DNA of 63,692 nt, counting the filler, from Reticulomyxa filosa (Eukaryota > Protista > Foraminifera), in the NCBI GenBank assembly GCA_000512085.1. It is 20 parts of 20 records of this genome, joined end to end, with 100 filler letters (N's around TTAATTAATTAA, not from the genome) between each part and the next. Parts side by side here need not be neighbours in the genome. Positions count along the whole stretch, not along the records: positions 1 to 1,978 come from ASPP01014937.1; positions 2,079 to 5,205 come from ASPP01010880.1; positions 5,306 to 7,742 come from ASPP01027626.1; positions 7,843 to 11,177 come from ASPP01004651.1; positions 11,278 to 13,472 come from ASPP01009604.1; positions 13,573 to 14,596 come from ASPP01012714.1; 14 more parts are not named here. One strand, 5' to 3'. Shown piece by piece: positions 1 through 13,945 of the stretch (its first letter is position 1; every line of letters starts with the position of its first letter). The notes under the pieces are model-generated. The model was not told the origin of the DNA, did not search any database, and saw nothing but the letters and a program-made list of their open reading frames with translations. The position numbers and the translations under genes were made by a program.

Positions 1-74
1 ATATATACATATATATTTATATATATGTATATGTGTGTATACATACAAACACAGATATACGTATACATATCATA

Positions 75-994
75 CCCAAGCTATGACCCGTGACGATGAG
101 CTCGTCGAACTGCGACTGATTTGCTCGAATGCTTTTTCGAATGCTTTGGAAGTCCCTCAGCACTGATGCATACATCCCTGAGTGCACACTAAAGCCGTAC
201 AATTGATCGCTCGACTCTTCCTTTTTGCTCGCTTGGCGAAACGGATTTTGACCACTGTTCCCTTTGCCCACTACCGTTTCCGCTTGTCCTTCGTTGTCGT
301 CGTCGTCATCATCATCGTCGTCAGTGTCATTGTCTATTTCATCTTCATCTTCGTCTTCCTTCTTCTCATTTGCTGTCGTGCTCTTCTTGTTGCTTCCCAG
401 CACCACTTCGGCGAGCGCTGGCAATGTCTGCTTCGTGCCTTGCGATTCGACACATGGCCATCACTCTCATTGCTAAAATGACAGTCTTTGAATTGGATTG
501 GCATTGGCACAACACCCGTGTTCACAACCATATCGAATATTTTATCTGATCCTGTGCCTTTGAATACCACAAACCCCTTTCGGGCACTTTTCGAGATCAC
601 TAACGCCCATTGCGCCAATTGTCGGCCTCCTTTTTTTTTTTTTGCGCACACGTATCCGTAAGTCAAAGCAGGGGGAACGCGACCAAATAAAAATATACCC
701 TTTTAAAAAAAAAACACCTGTTTTGCAAACTTGTGCTTGAAAATATGTCTCTTTATCAAATAATTCCATATCGTCTGGAGTGTAAATCCACATTGCCAGT
801 TTTGCGCTTGCTAGCAGTAAATCATCTGGCAATATCTTGGTTCGTACTTTTTTGATTGAGCGTTCGAACCCACTTCCTTTTTTTTCAATTTCTTCTTCAT
901 CTACCTCAAGAAGATCTTGTGTCACGTGCACAGTATCACAAAGTTTCTTAAAATATTGTACAAATTCCTTATAGGCAATATCCAAACTATCCAT
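75..994 (-). CDS. Class 3 lipase (alpha/beta hydrolase), multi-exon, 3' part missing
   Basis: Spliced ORFs give FVVFKGT...VHSGMY...LIVTGHSLG (nucleophile elbow); GT-AG intron around 640-718; long acidic insertion before VHSG. Confidence 0.8.
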
Positions 995-1394
995 TGCTGA
1001 CTTTTTCAAAAAAATTCCTCCTTTACGTTACTGTTAACATTCGGATTATCATAAAGAAATTTGATTGCAACACAATTGGGTAGTGAATATTCATTGCTTC
1101 AAAATTTACATGTTTGACGTGTTAACAATAACGTAAACACGTTCCAGCAACAACAAGGACGTGAATAATATATTGGACGGGGAAAAAATTTAATTTTTTA
1201 TCGTTAAAACACGTTATCAAAATGATAACGTGAGCACACAGACATTAGACTAGCTAATTGTAAAGAAAAATGCAGGTACTATTCAAGTAATTAAAGAGTA
1301 GACAGAAGAATAAAATTTATCTAAATGAAAAAAAATTTCTCTACAAGAGTAAACAGCTAGTTCCTACCTCCGTTATTTTTTTTGGTGGCCATCA

Positions 1395-1886
1395 ATGAAC
1401 CAAAATCTTGCGCATGAAAGCCATGGCCCGGATCATCAACAAGTATCAGAATCATTTACTACAAATTCGGAATCTCGTGTTTTTAAGCTTTATTTTGAAT
1501 GGTTGACTAAGCCTTGGACAAAGTACTGCGTAATAATCTTTTGGGCAACAGTGTTATTGCTTGGGTTATTTTTTGCTCCACTGTTATTGCAAGAAACACA
1601 ATTGACGATGAATTCCCCTGAAAATACTGCCAGTTATGTGGCAAGAGAAAAAATGCGAAAGAGTTTCAAAACATTGATCGGGTCCAACAGCATTTTGATT
1701 TTTTCACAGTGCACAGCAGAGTCATGCATAAACGGTAGTGAAGGAATTGAAGACATGAGTGACGGCGGAAGTGGCGCTTGCAATTACAAATGTATTCAGA
1801 AACAATTGTTTTCCAAATACAATGAATACAAACAGAAACACAATCATCTGTTTTACAACTTTACAGATTTATATACTTCCTTCAAT
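1395..1886 (+). CDS. MMPL/RND-like membrane protein, first exon
   Basis: N-terminal TM helix (CVIIFWATVLLLGLFFAP) followed by P..T.S..A...M...F, typical of MMPL N-termini; ends at GTAAG donor near the contig end. Confidence 0.5.
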
Positions 1887-1978
1887 GTAAGATTTTTCGG
1901 TTCATTATTTTTTTTTTTTTTTTAAATTTTAAAGAAAGTATAACAGTCCCATATTAAACCTTTTTTTTTTTTTTTTTT

Positions 1979-2078
1979 NNNNNNNNNNNNNNNNNNNNNN
2001 NNNNNNNNNNNNNNNNNNNNNNTTAATTAATTAANNNNNNNNNNNNNNNNNNNNNNNNNNNNNNNNNNNNNNNNNNNN
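1979..2078. other. Artificial 100-bp contig spacer (first of 19)
   Basis: N44-TTAATTAATTAA-N44; identical copies start at 5206, 7743, 11178, 13473, 14597, 17131, 18884, 25543, 38181, 43280, 45180, 48847, 53450, 55898, 57579, 58775, 60359 and 62366. Confidence 0.99.
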
Positions 2079-2498
2079 GATATCACTTTATTGAATATAA
2101 ATATATTTTCATGAATCGGCTTCATTATTTGCTTTTAAGTGTAGACTTTGTACAAATTAATTGTAAAAGTTATGTTTTCAAACGTGCAAGATATTCTTCA
2201 AGTAAAATATTGAAATTTGCTTTAGTCAATTTTAGTAGTTTTATAGTTAAGTGTAGTGCGATTTTTGAGTCTGAAGGTAGTGTTTAATTTTGTGCTGAGT
2301 TAGGTCCAAACAAAGAACCATGCAAGAAAAAACCGAAATAGAAATGAAAGAACAAATTTGGACAAATAGTTTTGCTGGTTATGTGCCATTGGAAACAAGG
2401 TTTACTTGCGAGAGCCAGTTATTTAAAAACAAAATGCACAAAAAAAAAACAAGCAATAAAAATGAAAATCTCAAAGAAATCAAAATCCATAATACTGA

Positions 2499-4410
2499 TC
2501 AGACCCCATTCAGTGGCACCAATAGCTCGGGGTCGATTTGATTTTTTTTGTAGAAGTAGCAGCGTAGCATAGTGAGAGCCAGTAACACTCCGGCCAATGA
2601 ACAGCCAACAATTAACATTGATCGCAATAAGTTTTGGGACAAACTATCGGAGTAAGTGGACTCCGCAATTCCGACTCTCATCTAACAAAGAGGGGGGAGC
2701 AAGGATCAGGTTAAAAAAAAAAGCACGTCATACAAAAACAGAACGCAAGTGTTCATTGCATTGTGTCAGCCCTCTTGTGTTTGTATACAGAGAAAGAAAA
2801 AAGTACACATTACATTAGTTTCATCATAGGTAGTATAGTAAGTGCTCAAGAAGGTGTCACCCAAAATCCATAGGTTTGTGTTAATTGCCATGAATCCCAA
2901 AGTGCCATCTTTGATTTTTAATTGTCGTCATGCATTATACGTTGGACATAAAAGAATTGTATATATATAATTATATTTAAATATTAACATATATGTATAT
3001 GTACGTTTTTTTTTTTTTTTTTTTAAAAAAAAATTGAGTGAGAACAAACAAACCATCATCCATATAGTCCCCAGCAGTCAAAGTAAATTTCTGAACATTA
3101 GCCTGTTCATCATACATTTGAAAAGTGATATGTGGCAAGTGTCGAGAAGGGTGTGCGACGTCTTGGCAAACATACGAGTCGTAAGTACTGCCATATTGAG
3201 TGAAGCAATCAGTTCTTTTTTTGGTGATATGTTTCATCAAAGCGTCATAAAAAGTCTGTGGGACGCCAATGTACGTAGTCCCAGTATCGACAATTCCATA
3301 ATGCTTGCTTTGGCTCGTGGTCGTCGTTGTCGTTGTCGTTGTCGTGGCAGTGTCCCACAGGGCAACCGATTTTTGTTCATCGTCGAAAGAGATGGAAATG
3401 GAGACAATTTCGAATCCCCACAGACCGCTGACATCGTATCCGTAATCATCGGTGATCGGGACATACTTCATAGTGTCCGTCTTGAAGTATCGGCCTTCGT
3501 GCTTGTCATTGGCGCCAATCACCAACTTGGACCCTTGTTCATTGTGTTTGGTCAGATAAAACGCAAACACGGACGTCGATTGCTCGCCCTCGGCAGTCAG
3601 CGATTCCGTCAGCGTGGTGCTCCCTTCGATCGTGGACGCGCTTCCTCTGGCAAAGCCACATATGCCGTCTTGAGGTTCCAACTCGTCCATTTCCATGTCC
3701 TCCACGTATGTCGCCTCTGCAAACGTAAAGCCCTCGCTCTTCAAATCGTTGGATAAGTACACCACGTCTTTGGCCGTATAACCTTGTGCTTTACCGCTCC
3801 CGTATTGGATCGACCACTTCGACACCGGCCCATAGTACGTCGTTGACTTGTCGTGGTTGTAGTAGTTCAGGTAGCTCGCACTTGGCACGCCATGACCTTT
3901 CGCTTGCGACGATAACACCCACAAGTCCGCTGATCCTGTGTCCAACACCACATGTGCAAACTTTTGCTTCGGTGTCCCGATTTGCAACTCCGCTGTGTAC
4001 ATTTTATTGAAAAAGTTCGCCATTCGGCTTATTTCTGACTCGCTCCTTTACAATATTTTTATTCACATTTCAAAAAAAAAAAAATATCGGGGCGTAACTT
4101 TTTTTTTTTCTCCCCCCTTTCTTCCCTCCCCCCCTTCCCCCCCCTTTTTTTTATCTTGTTGGTCTGTACTCCAACAACACACACACCAACTAGGTTGCCG
4201 ACTCGGCCATTGACTGAACTAATAAATGCCCTTTATGACCTTTCACCCTTTTGTGTGATGTCAACGAGACACTATAACGGGTGTCTTGGTCCAGCATATA
4301 TCCATTTAACTCGACGTCAATGAACAGCAGCAACGAGGTAATCAATAGAATACCTACAAACAACGGACAAATACATCTCCAGATTTCTTCAATGATGTTG
4401 GGACATTTTC
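2499..4410 (-). CDS. Pepsin-family (A1) aspartic protease with C-terminal TM, multi-exon
   Basis: VVLDTGSADLWV, IQYGSG, GIVDTGTT; exon near 2815-2910 reads WILGDTFLSTYYTTYD; last exon has a TM segment; start codon not resolved. Confidence 0.92.
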
Positions 4411-4678
4411 ACGTCCCCACCACGAAATATTCATCACAAACTATTTGACAAAAATTTGAAAAAACCAGGGTACCTGTCAAAGCTGTGGTGCCACAAAAAA
4501 AAAACGTTTACACCTTCCAACGCTCTTTTACATGCAACATACAGTTGTAAATAAATTGACAGAAAAAGAATGCATGCGCATACGGAGTATGGCCAAAATA
4601 AAGTGAGTTTTTTTCTGAGGTAGTCGTCAAGTCAAAAAAAAACTTTTTGAAAAGATTAATATTTCTGGGGAAAAAACA

Positions 4679-5205
4679 ATGTCTTCTGAATCACATAATG
4701 TTGTCATGGACGACGAAAAAGAGGAGCTTCGCAAAGTCTTTGCATTATTTAATCAAGTAACACTTTAACAAATGTGTAGCTTTGTTCTGCTTCCCTTCCC
4801 ACTTTCTTTTTTTTCAAAAGTGAAAAAAGCAAGAACCGTATGAAAATAAACAAAGAGTGGCTCATCATATCTGTCAATGGACGAGTTATCCAAAGCATTA
4901 GAAAATATTTCCAGTACAACTCCGCAATTATCAGAAGTCCAAGAAGTTACAACAATCAACGATTACGTTTGAAGTGATTGAGACGAGCATCTTTCAGCAT
5001 AAAAACAAATCAAAATAAAAAAAAAAAAAAAAAGGAAGACACAAATTTTTTTTGTATTTTCAATGAAACATTGATAGTTGTTTGATGCATTTGATCGTAA
5101 TAAAGATGGTAAAGTAACATTTGGTAAGTTTAATTGAATTTGAGTGAGAAAGCAGAGTTTATATGTAAAATTTGAAGATCGGCTAACCCAAATGTCGCCC
5201 CCCCC
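4679..5205 (+). CDS. Calmodulin-like EF-hand protein, short exons, 3'-truncated
   Basis: Manual splicing gives MSSESH...EELRKVFALFNQ/SGSSYLSMDELSKALE.../LFDAFDRNKDGKVTF; absent from the ORF track. Confidence 0.8.
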
Positions 5206-5337
5206 NNNNNNNNNNNNNNNNNNNNNNNNNNNNNNNNNNNNNNNNNNNNTTAATTAATTAANNNNNNNNNNNNNNNNNNNNNNNNNNNNNNNNNNNNNNN
5301 NNNNNTTTTTTTTTTAATAAATAAATAAATACTTACT

Positions 5338-5681
5338 TTGGCTGGTGGGAATGTATCTTCATCAAAATAACCAAAATCACTGTTTGGCCAACCAATATCC
5401 AAAGTGGTCCACGTATCAGGAACTCCTGATGGCTTTGTTGCACCATCATCTAAATCGATTTCACCGGGTCCCGGAAATAGATAGACCCCTTTAAACACAT
5501 AATTACGTTTCGACACATGGCACAATCCGCCATTGCGCTTTCCATTGTTTTGTGAGCTTGAGGAGTTCAAGAAGCCACTTTGATGAAATTTACTTGTGTG
5601 GTTAAGTCCAACCAATACAGAGCATGGGGACACGCCAACAAGCCTGTAGCTTTTTGCTGCACAACCTAATGTTGAAAGCAT
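5338..5681 (-). CDS. Unknown protein with mitochondrial-type transit peptide, first exon
   Basis: MLSTLGCAAKSYRL... is S/R/K-rich and acid-free up to KRNY, then acidic mature region; ends at GTAAGT donor. Confidence 0.45.
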
Positions 5682-6485
5682 TATGCTCAACGGGAAACCC
5701 ACAACTTTTTGAGAACGCTTCACTCCGTCGTAAAGACGCATATTTTCGGGCAGCTGCAATATTTCAGAAAGGAAAAAACTGTTACGAATAAGTCAAAATG
5801 AAAAGAGCTATTTTAAAATCATTTCCCCATTAAACCATTGTCTAATTGTTTATTTTTTCTGTGGAGATAAAAATCGTTCTGAGTTTACGGCCTCGATTTG
5901 AAACGACAAAAAATTCCAACAAACAAAAAAGATCCTTCATTTCAAGTAATTTTATTTAATTGCATTGATGGTTGCTGAAAAAAAGAATCAAAATATGAAT
6001 GATGAAGGCTTCATACAGCCTACTTTTTAAGGAGGTTGAACTGTATAAACAAATGTTTATCTCTTTTTACTTTTTTTATATTAACTAACAATTAAAACAA
6101 AGTGAAGACAGTATGCTAAGAAGCGATTACTTATCACACTGAAATAAATAAACATAAAATTTAGTCAATATAGATAAAAAGTAGTACTACTATACAATAA
6201 AATTGTAAAACACAAAAAAAGTATAAAGTATCAAAACAAAATAACATCAATAAAGTCAAAACTTTGTAATACAATTAATTGAAAATTGTTAAAATAAAAT
6301 TGTGAGAAAGATCATCCGCAATCCATACTGAATGGCAGTATTATCTAGGGCAAATAAAAATAGATGTCATTTTGAAAAGGACGAATAATCGAACTAAAAA
6401 AAAATTGTAGTTTGTTTTTTTTTGGCACATTTTCAAGCAGCCAAAGAAAAACTGCTTTATTTAACTAGTGAGAGAAGCAAAGTGT

Positions 6486-7710
6486 TCAGTCATCTGTCAT
6501 GAAAATAACTCTTTGAGTTTCTTGGAACAAACGATAGCATTTCCTCCAAGCGTAACAACATCCAAATGCACTGTAAACACTGAAAAACATAAGTGGTAAG
6601 AACTCCCATCTTGGAAAAAGTAAAGGTTGAATGACACTATAAAAGAGTTGAACTCCCGCAAAACCAAACAAATACAACCATTCGAAGAAATGCAAGTTGA
6701 GTCCCGTTTCGGCATATCTGTGTTTGGACTGGTAATAGCGAATTTCATTGTCCAGTAGAACATACATCAAAACCCCATGCAACAGTACAAGCAAGAGTTT
6801 GATGGGCGTTTCTTGCATATTGGGCAAGAGTGGTAGCAAGCTGCAATTCGACGCGATGATAAATACAAAGGAGAATTGCGCATGATCCAAAGAGTCCAAT
6901 GCAATGCAACTTTTGAATTGTAGCAAACAACAACACAACAACAAGCAATAAACCAACAAAGGTCACATTTTGTTATTACTCTCCTGTTATTACAAAAAAA
7001 AAAGAAAAAACACCTGAGTGGAATAGTGATCATTAAAACAGCCTTTTCGTGGACATGATATCCGCACATGAAGCTACACATGAAAGCATACAACAAAGCA
7101 GTGAGAAAGGACTTTGGATGAGGTCGCTTCCACACTTCAAAGAGCACAGGACACATGGCAAGCAGCGTCAACAAGAAGCAATGAACGGGCTCGATTTTGG
7201 GCAAGACCCTGGTGGTAAACTCTCCGACCATGCCCCGAGTCAATTGGCTACTGGCAGCACTTTCAATTGCAGAAGACTCATGCAACGATGACGACGACGA
7301 GGGGCCCAAATACATCAACCTACTCAACACTACATCCAAAGCGCTATATAAACTCCAAACATTTGGTGCCCAATAGGCATGAGTGAGTCCACGTTTGAAT
7401 GGAAACAGTCGTGACAACACTTGTCGTGTCTGTCCCAGCGCAATAAAAGGCCCAAACGATGTTGCAAATATTAATAGCGTGAAAAACGCAACCGTCACGA
7501 ATCTCGACCAACGGATTATAAATTGTTTGTTTTGATACCAATAGCTATACTCCTCCCAGCTACGATACGCATAATTTACTTGCACGAAACAATAATTGGA
7601 TAGCAAATAAATTACATACAATGGCGCCACATATAAAAATATGTGTTTCATATTCAACAATATGCTGTAAATTACCGCTGCCAATAAGCTGTCATTATTA
7701 CGAATCGCTT
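6486..7710 (-). CDS. ALG8: Dolichyl-P-Glc alpha-1,3-glucosyltransferase ALG8, 5'-truncated
   Basis: LLNMKHIFLYVAP, SRLFPFKRGLTHAYWAPNVWSLY, GYHVHEKAVL, FLPLMFFSVYSAFG; intron 6910-7013 keeps the frame. Confidence 0.93.
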
Positions 7711-10700
7711 TATTATTGTTATTATTGATTTTTTTTTTTTTTNNNNNNNNNNNNNNNNNNNNNNNNNNNNNNNNNNNNNNNNNNNNTTAATTAATTAANN
7801 NNNNNNNNNNNNNNNNNNNNNNNNNNNNNNNNNNNNNNNNNNAACTTAACTTCAGGAGGTCTTGTACGGTGCTTCCTTTGTAACAATGTTGCAAGCCAAA
7901 ACCTAAACAAAAGTAGAACTCCACAGATGGCAAGGTGATAGTATTTTCATTTAAAGGTGTGTTGAAATGTTGAAAGCTTTAGATATTAATTAAAGAAAAC
8001 CTTTTTTTAGTCGAGAACTTTTTTTTTTGTTGCCATAAAAAATATTAACAAGTTGTCTTGACAAAATGTATTTATTAAAAACAAGTTATTTTGATAAAAT
8101 ATGTTGATTACAATTGCAAATTACGAATTTCTTTTATACAAAAGTTATGGAGTTGGATGTCGTAACACTTTTTCCCTTTTCTGGCTGAGGTTTGGAGTTT
8201 ATGGGCTAGCGTTGCACATATGCACACGCTTTTCAAGTTAATCTCCCAAATGACACACAAGTCATTAGCTCAAATTTGGACATTAACACTCCACAACTCA
8301 TACTTTACAAGACCAACAGCCAGTACGCCACAGCCACGTCAACCAATATCGCACAAACATTACTCAAATCACATCACCAATTTCATCACACCAACAATCG
8401 CCATTCCAACACTGAATATCAACTCAGCCACCCAAATTATGAATCAAACAACGAGTTTGTCAAACATGACAAATTATTTCATCACTCGATATTGTGTTTG
8501 CTCATTTCAGTTATTTTCGATATTCATTTCTTTTCATTAAAAAAACAAATGAATAAAAAAAGGAATATATAAGTATGTAAGAAAGAATTTGATTACAACA
8601 ATGGAATAATATATTTCAATATCACACATATTTAAAAAAAACGATAGACAACAATGGTGATGGACGTACCGACACTATAGAGTGTTCATCTACAGAGCCA
8701 CTAGCAACACGGTTTGGAAAAGTGGGCTGGCGTATGGGATTACTTAGTGTGAAGAATTGGCGTATTGTTCCCTGGAATGTCTCACAAATGGCGGAAGACA
8801 CAGGGCGGATAAATCACGATAGTGACTGGCTCGATCGTTTGCGTATTGTACGCAAGGCACAAAGAAAATGTAGGCCGACAAATATACATAAGGTACAAAT
8901 GATTCTTTTTTTTTATTTTGTCGAACGTATCATCTATTATTATAAAGCGTATAAATCAATAAATAATGTACATAATCTTTTTTTTTGTTAGAATTTTTTT
9001 TTTGATCCACAAAAACAGTTTGGCATTAAAGTGTTTATGTATACTTTATGTGATGTATACTTTTTGCAACAAAAAATAGGCCAATGACGACGACCAGGCA
9101 GAGACAAACGACAGCGCAAAGGTGTGATTGGTACCAAAATACCAAAGATAAGGTAAAAGTTATTCTATTTATTTTGTCTTTTCCATACATAAGCAATTGT
9201 TTGTGTTTTTAAAACAGACTCCAGTGGTGATGAAAAAAAATAAGGGGTAGAATCCAACCCCGTCTCCGAAAGGAGTGAAAACGGTTTGTATTATCTTTTT
9301 TCAAAAAAATTATATCAACATATTGTTTGTGTTGTAACACAGGAGTCCCCCCCTCCACAGCCAAGCAGTCAATTTGTTTCCCAGTACCATCTACACACAC
9401 AAAATAAATAAATAAATGGGGTCGAAGGCCAACACCGTATATAAAAAAAAAATCAAAGGTTTGTTATATTTAATATATATATATATATATATTTCTTTTA
9501 TTAAATAATGTGATTGTGTTTTTGTGAATATAGGAATTCCCCCTATCAAGAGAGACATTATATATATTATTTTTTTGTTTGTTTGTTTCCCTTCCTCCAT
9601 AAACAAAATAAATTTTTTTTAGTGTTTGCTCCACAGGAAAGAAATATGGAATTGGAGTTCGAACTCCAAGTACAAAAGGTATGTGTATTTTCTTACGTTA
9701 TTCTTTAAAATATAAAAAATATTTTGTTGTGTGTTTGCATAGATGTCGATGAGCCACGAGAGAAAGAATTATAGAAAGTGGGATGGAGAAAAAAGAATAA
9801 TAAATTGGAAAAAAAAAGATAATAAATGAGGGGAAAAAAGGGCTATGAAGGGGGAGAAATAAATGGATATAAAAGGGGAAAAAATGAGATATAAAGGGTG
9901 GAAAAAATAAAATAAATATTTTTATAAAATAAGAAAAAAAAAAGATAATAATAATTATGAAAAAAGAAAAAGAATAAAAAAAGAAAAAAAAAAATTAAAC
10001 AACTTTTTATTTTTGTGGAGCTATGACTCCAATGACTATATATGTCCAGTGGACATCATCAAATAATAGTTAAGTATATTTACAAATATATCTTTTTTTT
10101 GTTTGACTTGTTTAAAATAAAAAAAATAGACCGTGTAGAATGATGCTGCCAAAGACAACGAATTCCAGTAACAAAAAAAAAATTATATACCATTCAACAT
10201 TATACTTACTTTCCATACTGTATGTTTCCGAATTTTTTTGTAACACTAAAATAAGAGTTTTATTTGATATAGATGGCAAGTGAAAAGGATATACATGGCT
10301 GTGGATGTGCAAAATCATAACAGGAGCCAGTCGACAAGCCAAACAATAGTTTTGTTTGTTTGTATAATTTGTTCCCACTTTGTGTTTTTCGAATCAACAC
10401 AAACCCAAATAGTTTTTATTTAATTTTTGTTGCTGTGATATGTATAGTTTGTAAGTCTAAGACGGAAAGAATAAAGTAGAAAAAGATTGGTTGATGCGGT
10501 CAAAGAGATTGGATCGTTGTATTATACTCAGTTTGATCAAAGTCGAATGGTCAAGCACAACGTAATTATTTGGTATTTCAACAAATTTTTGGATGGAGAA
10601 ATGATTTGCAATAGAAGTCGTGGAGGCGATTTGTGTACAAACGTAAGTGGGATCTCGATATATTATGGAAAATTAGCACCAACATCAAGGCCAACATATC

Positions 10701-12576
10701 AAAAGAATTGTGGACGATCGATTTAACTCGAGCTGCTACAATGACATGCACAACCCGCATTTGGAATATGCACATACAAACTGTGCAATCTGGTTTATCT
10801 TCCACCTCTTTCGCAAAACTCACAACATTTGCTCCACCGAAGTTGCATACACGAAATCCTAATTACCATCGAGCACGCTGCCCAAGTCACTATTGTATGC
10901 AACCGTCACATGGACTTGCTCTACCTCCAATATGATCTCCGTGTCATTCTCGAACATCGACCCCAACATTTTCTCACACTCTATATGTCCTGTTTATTTA
11001 TCGTGCTCGAGATAGTGAGTCTGTTCGAATACAGATTTGAATGGAATGTCACTGTTGTCTCGTGTCCGAATTTCTGCGAAAGTACTGTGGGATATATGTT
11101 ATCTATTATGACATTTGGCTTTTGTTTATTGGGCTTCATTGTATATCGCTCGTATTCATCGACAAGAGCGCCAACACNNNNNNNNNNNNNNNNNNNNNNN
11201 NNNNNNNNNNNNNNNNNNNNNTTAATTAATTAANNNNNNNNNNNNNNNNNNNNNNNNNNNNNNNNNNNNNNNNNNNNTTTAATTTAAAAATTCTCTATTA
11301 TGTTCAACAACGCTTACTTTTCCGCTCAGAATTCCTACAATATTTTGTTTACCGTGTGGTCAAATCAGAACAATATACAAACTAGTCAATAAAACGAAAT
11401 GTTTGTAAAGAAATAATAACATCTTGTTTTTGCAACGAAAGTGTCTCAAAACTTTGTCATCAAATATTATTCTCCAAAGGAAACTTTATTCTTTGAACAA
11501 TGACATTATGCAATACCCGACAAAAAAAAATGAATTTAAAAACGTTTTTCTAGGACAAAATAATTCGATTACTAAACAATGAAAAATTGTTTTTCAGTGT
11601 TTTTGATTATTTATTGACAAAAACACCAAAAACGTTTTCATACAAGATCAGAAAAAGAATGTTTCTGTTCGTATAAATCTGCTGACAAAGCAATCAAGCA
11701 GTACTAATGCTAGACAGCAAATCTACATATCATACATGGTCTTTTTCTTCATGCAGCTTATGAAAATTTACTGTTTTTATTTTAGTACATTTCTTACAAA
11801 CCAATTTCGACAATACGCTTTTACTAACTTCTCTGAATAAGACAAAATAATGTAAAGTACGCTTGTATACTTATCGATTTTCGCAATTGTTTTTGCGACT
11901 ATTTTTATCTAAAAGCTTTGCGTGTATTATTTAATTTTTACTTGTGTATCATACAAATCAAGATAACATTATGTGAATTTTTCTGCATTTATGATTAGCT
12001 TCATAAACTTGTTTATCATTTCTTAAAAAATAATGTAAAATAATAATATTGAAGTAATTTCCATTATGCAATGTTAGCAATTTAAAAATTTTATCATTTC
12101 ATAAAGGTCAAACACAACATTTGTGCTACTTTACAATTTTCTATGTTTTACACTTGATATTTAACATCTTGTATCAACAGTTTTTTTCAAATCCGATATT
12201 CATTAAAATATCACTAGGTTAAGAAACAAACACATAAATGACACTTTTTAAAAATAGTTTTATATCAGCAAGCAAACGTTTCAAGAAGTATGAGGAAGCA
12301 AATTGACTGAATTTAGGATTTTACGTAAAAAAGAAAGTAACGAAATCTGACAATACAAATGTGGATACCGCAGCTACCCAGTATGATGACATATCAAAAT
12401 ATTAAATATTTGTTTTGTTGAAAAGTAGAAAATACTTTTAAAGATTTGAATTTTTGACATTTCTGAAGCTTATTGAAATAAATCCGTAGATATACTGCAC
12501 AAATTGCCGAAGCAGTGCCCTTGAAGGAAAAAATTTCAAAGTTTATACCAGTCCCCTGTAGCGCCGCCTATCCATT

Positions 12577-13370
12577 ATGAACACTTGGCTAGATATCATT
12601 GAGAAATTCATGCATGCTCCTGCATCTGGAGCTGGAGCGATTTCCTTGGATGAGGTGGTAAGTTTGGGCGTCTTTTTCGCTGTTCCTTTTCGTTTCTTTT
12701 CTTTCCCGGAACAGAAGAACAGTTTGGATGATGGCAACATAAATGAAGCAAATGGCTGCGGAGCATTTAGTAGCAGAAAAGAACTACCAGCTGCAGCCAA
12801 CAAATGTGAGAATGTTATGTAATTTTGTGGTAGAGCATATAGCTTCTCAAGATGAGGACACGTCATTTCTGGCGCTTCCAGGTAGTTTATCATACAACCT
12901 AATCTTGTATATCATTCGTTTGGTATTGCATACAATGTCAACTAATAACGACGAGAAAAGCGACTACCTGACACTACTGAGGAGTATATTGACACCAATT
13001 TTGAGTAATCCAGCAAAATATTGCAAGTGGCATTCGAAGACATATTTCTCAGCCGTTGCAAGCAGCCCCCAATCAGTGGCATGGCAGAAACCACCACGCC
13101 GGCAATGGCAACGAATAAAAGCAAAGGAGTGGCGATTGGGCCGCAAAGACATGCCTGCAGTGTGACATTGTTTGTGAAGCAATTGATGGAGGCGTACTCG
13201 CGACAAGCGAGTGTGGTGGTCAAATTGTCACTCGAAAGATTGCCGCCATTTCGCCAACTTATGGTGCAATATTTGCAATACGGCATCAACGGTTCAAACT
13301 GTCCATCATTCAATCCGAAGAGGATTGGAAAGGAATTCATTTCAAACTTGATTGCGGACAGCAATTGTAT
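12577..13370 (+). pseudogene. Frameshifted or degenerate coding region, unknown product
   Basis: Three overlapping protein-like ORFs in different frames within a higher-GC island; no recognisable motif. Confidence 0.3.
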
Positions 13371-13572
13371 TGTATGTTTGTTTATTGTTTGTTTGTTTTT
13401 TTTTTGAAAAGTTTTACCAAAGTACCCCCTTTTTTTTTTTTTTAATAAAAAAAAAAAAAAAAAAAAAAAAAANNNNNNNNNNNNNNNNNNNNNNNNNNNN
13501 NNNNNNNNNNNNNNNNTTAATTAATTAANNNNNNNNNNNNNNNNNNNNNNNNNNNNNNNNNNNNNNNNNNNN

Positions 13573-13777
13573 CACCGGCGGCCAGCATCAGCGGCTGGGT
13601 GTTGACGGTAGCGTTGATCGCGTCGGCGCTGTCGGCCTGCAGCATGGCCCACAGGTCTTCACCCAAGGCAGCCGAGGCTTCGTCGAATGTCTGTTTAACC
13701 ACCGGCAGGTCGGCAAAGCCGTCCATCATGTTGAGGCTTTGCGAGCCCTGACCGGGAAAGAGAAAGGCAAACGCCAT
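13573..13777 (-). CDS. fabD: Malonyl-CoA:ACP transacylase, 5' fragment (bacterial)
   Basis: MAFAFLFPGQGSQ...TVNTQPLMLAA; AGGAG RBS upstream; downstream of fabH. Confidence 0.95.
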
Positions 13778-13945
13778 TTTGGGGTCTCCTTTTGAAACGG
13801 GGGAATGATGACTGCTTGGCGCAATTAATGCAAAGAAAAACACTCAAACGCTCGTATGATCACCGACGTTCGCCGTGCTTTGCCGACATTCATTGATGAA
13901 GCGCAACACGGCTGCCCGGCGATCACGCCAGGCAGCCGGCCTCGA

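Noticed and set aside
8740-8815. MYND-finger-like CEELAYCSLEC
   Set aside because: Too short, flanked by stops, remaining ligands absent
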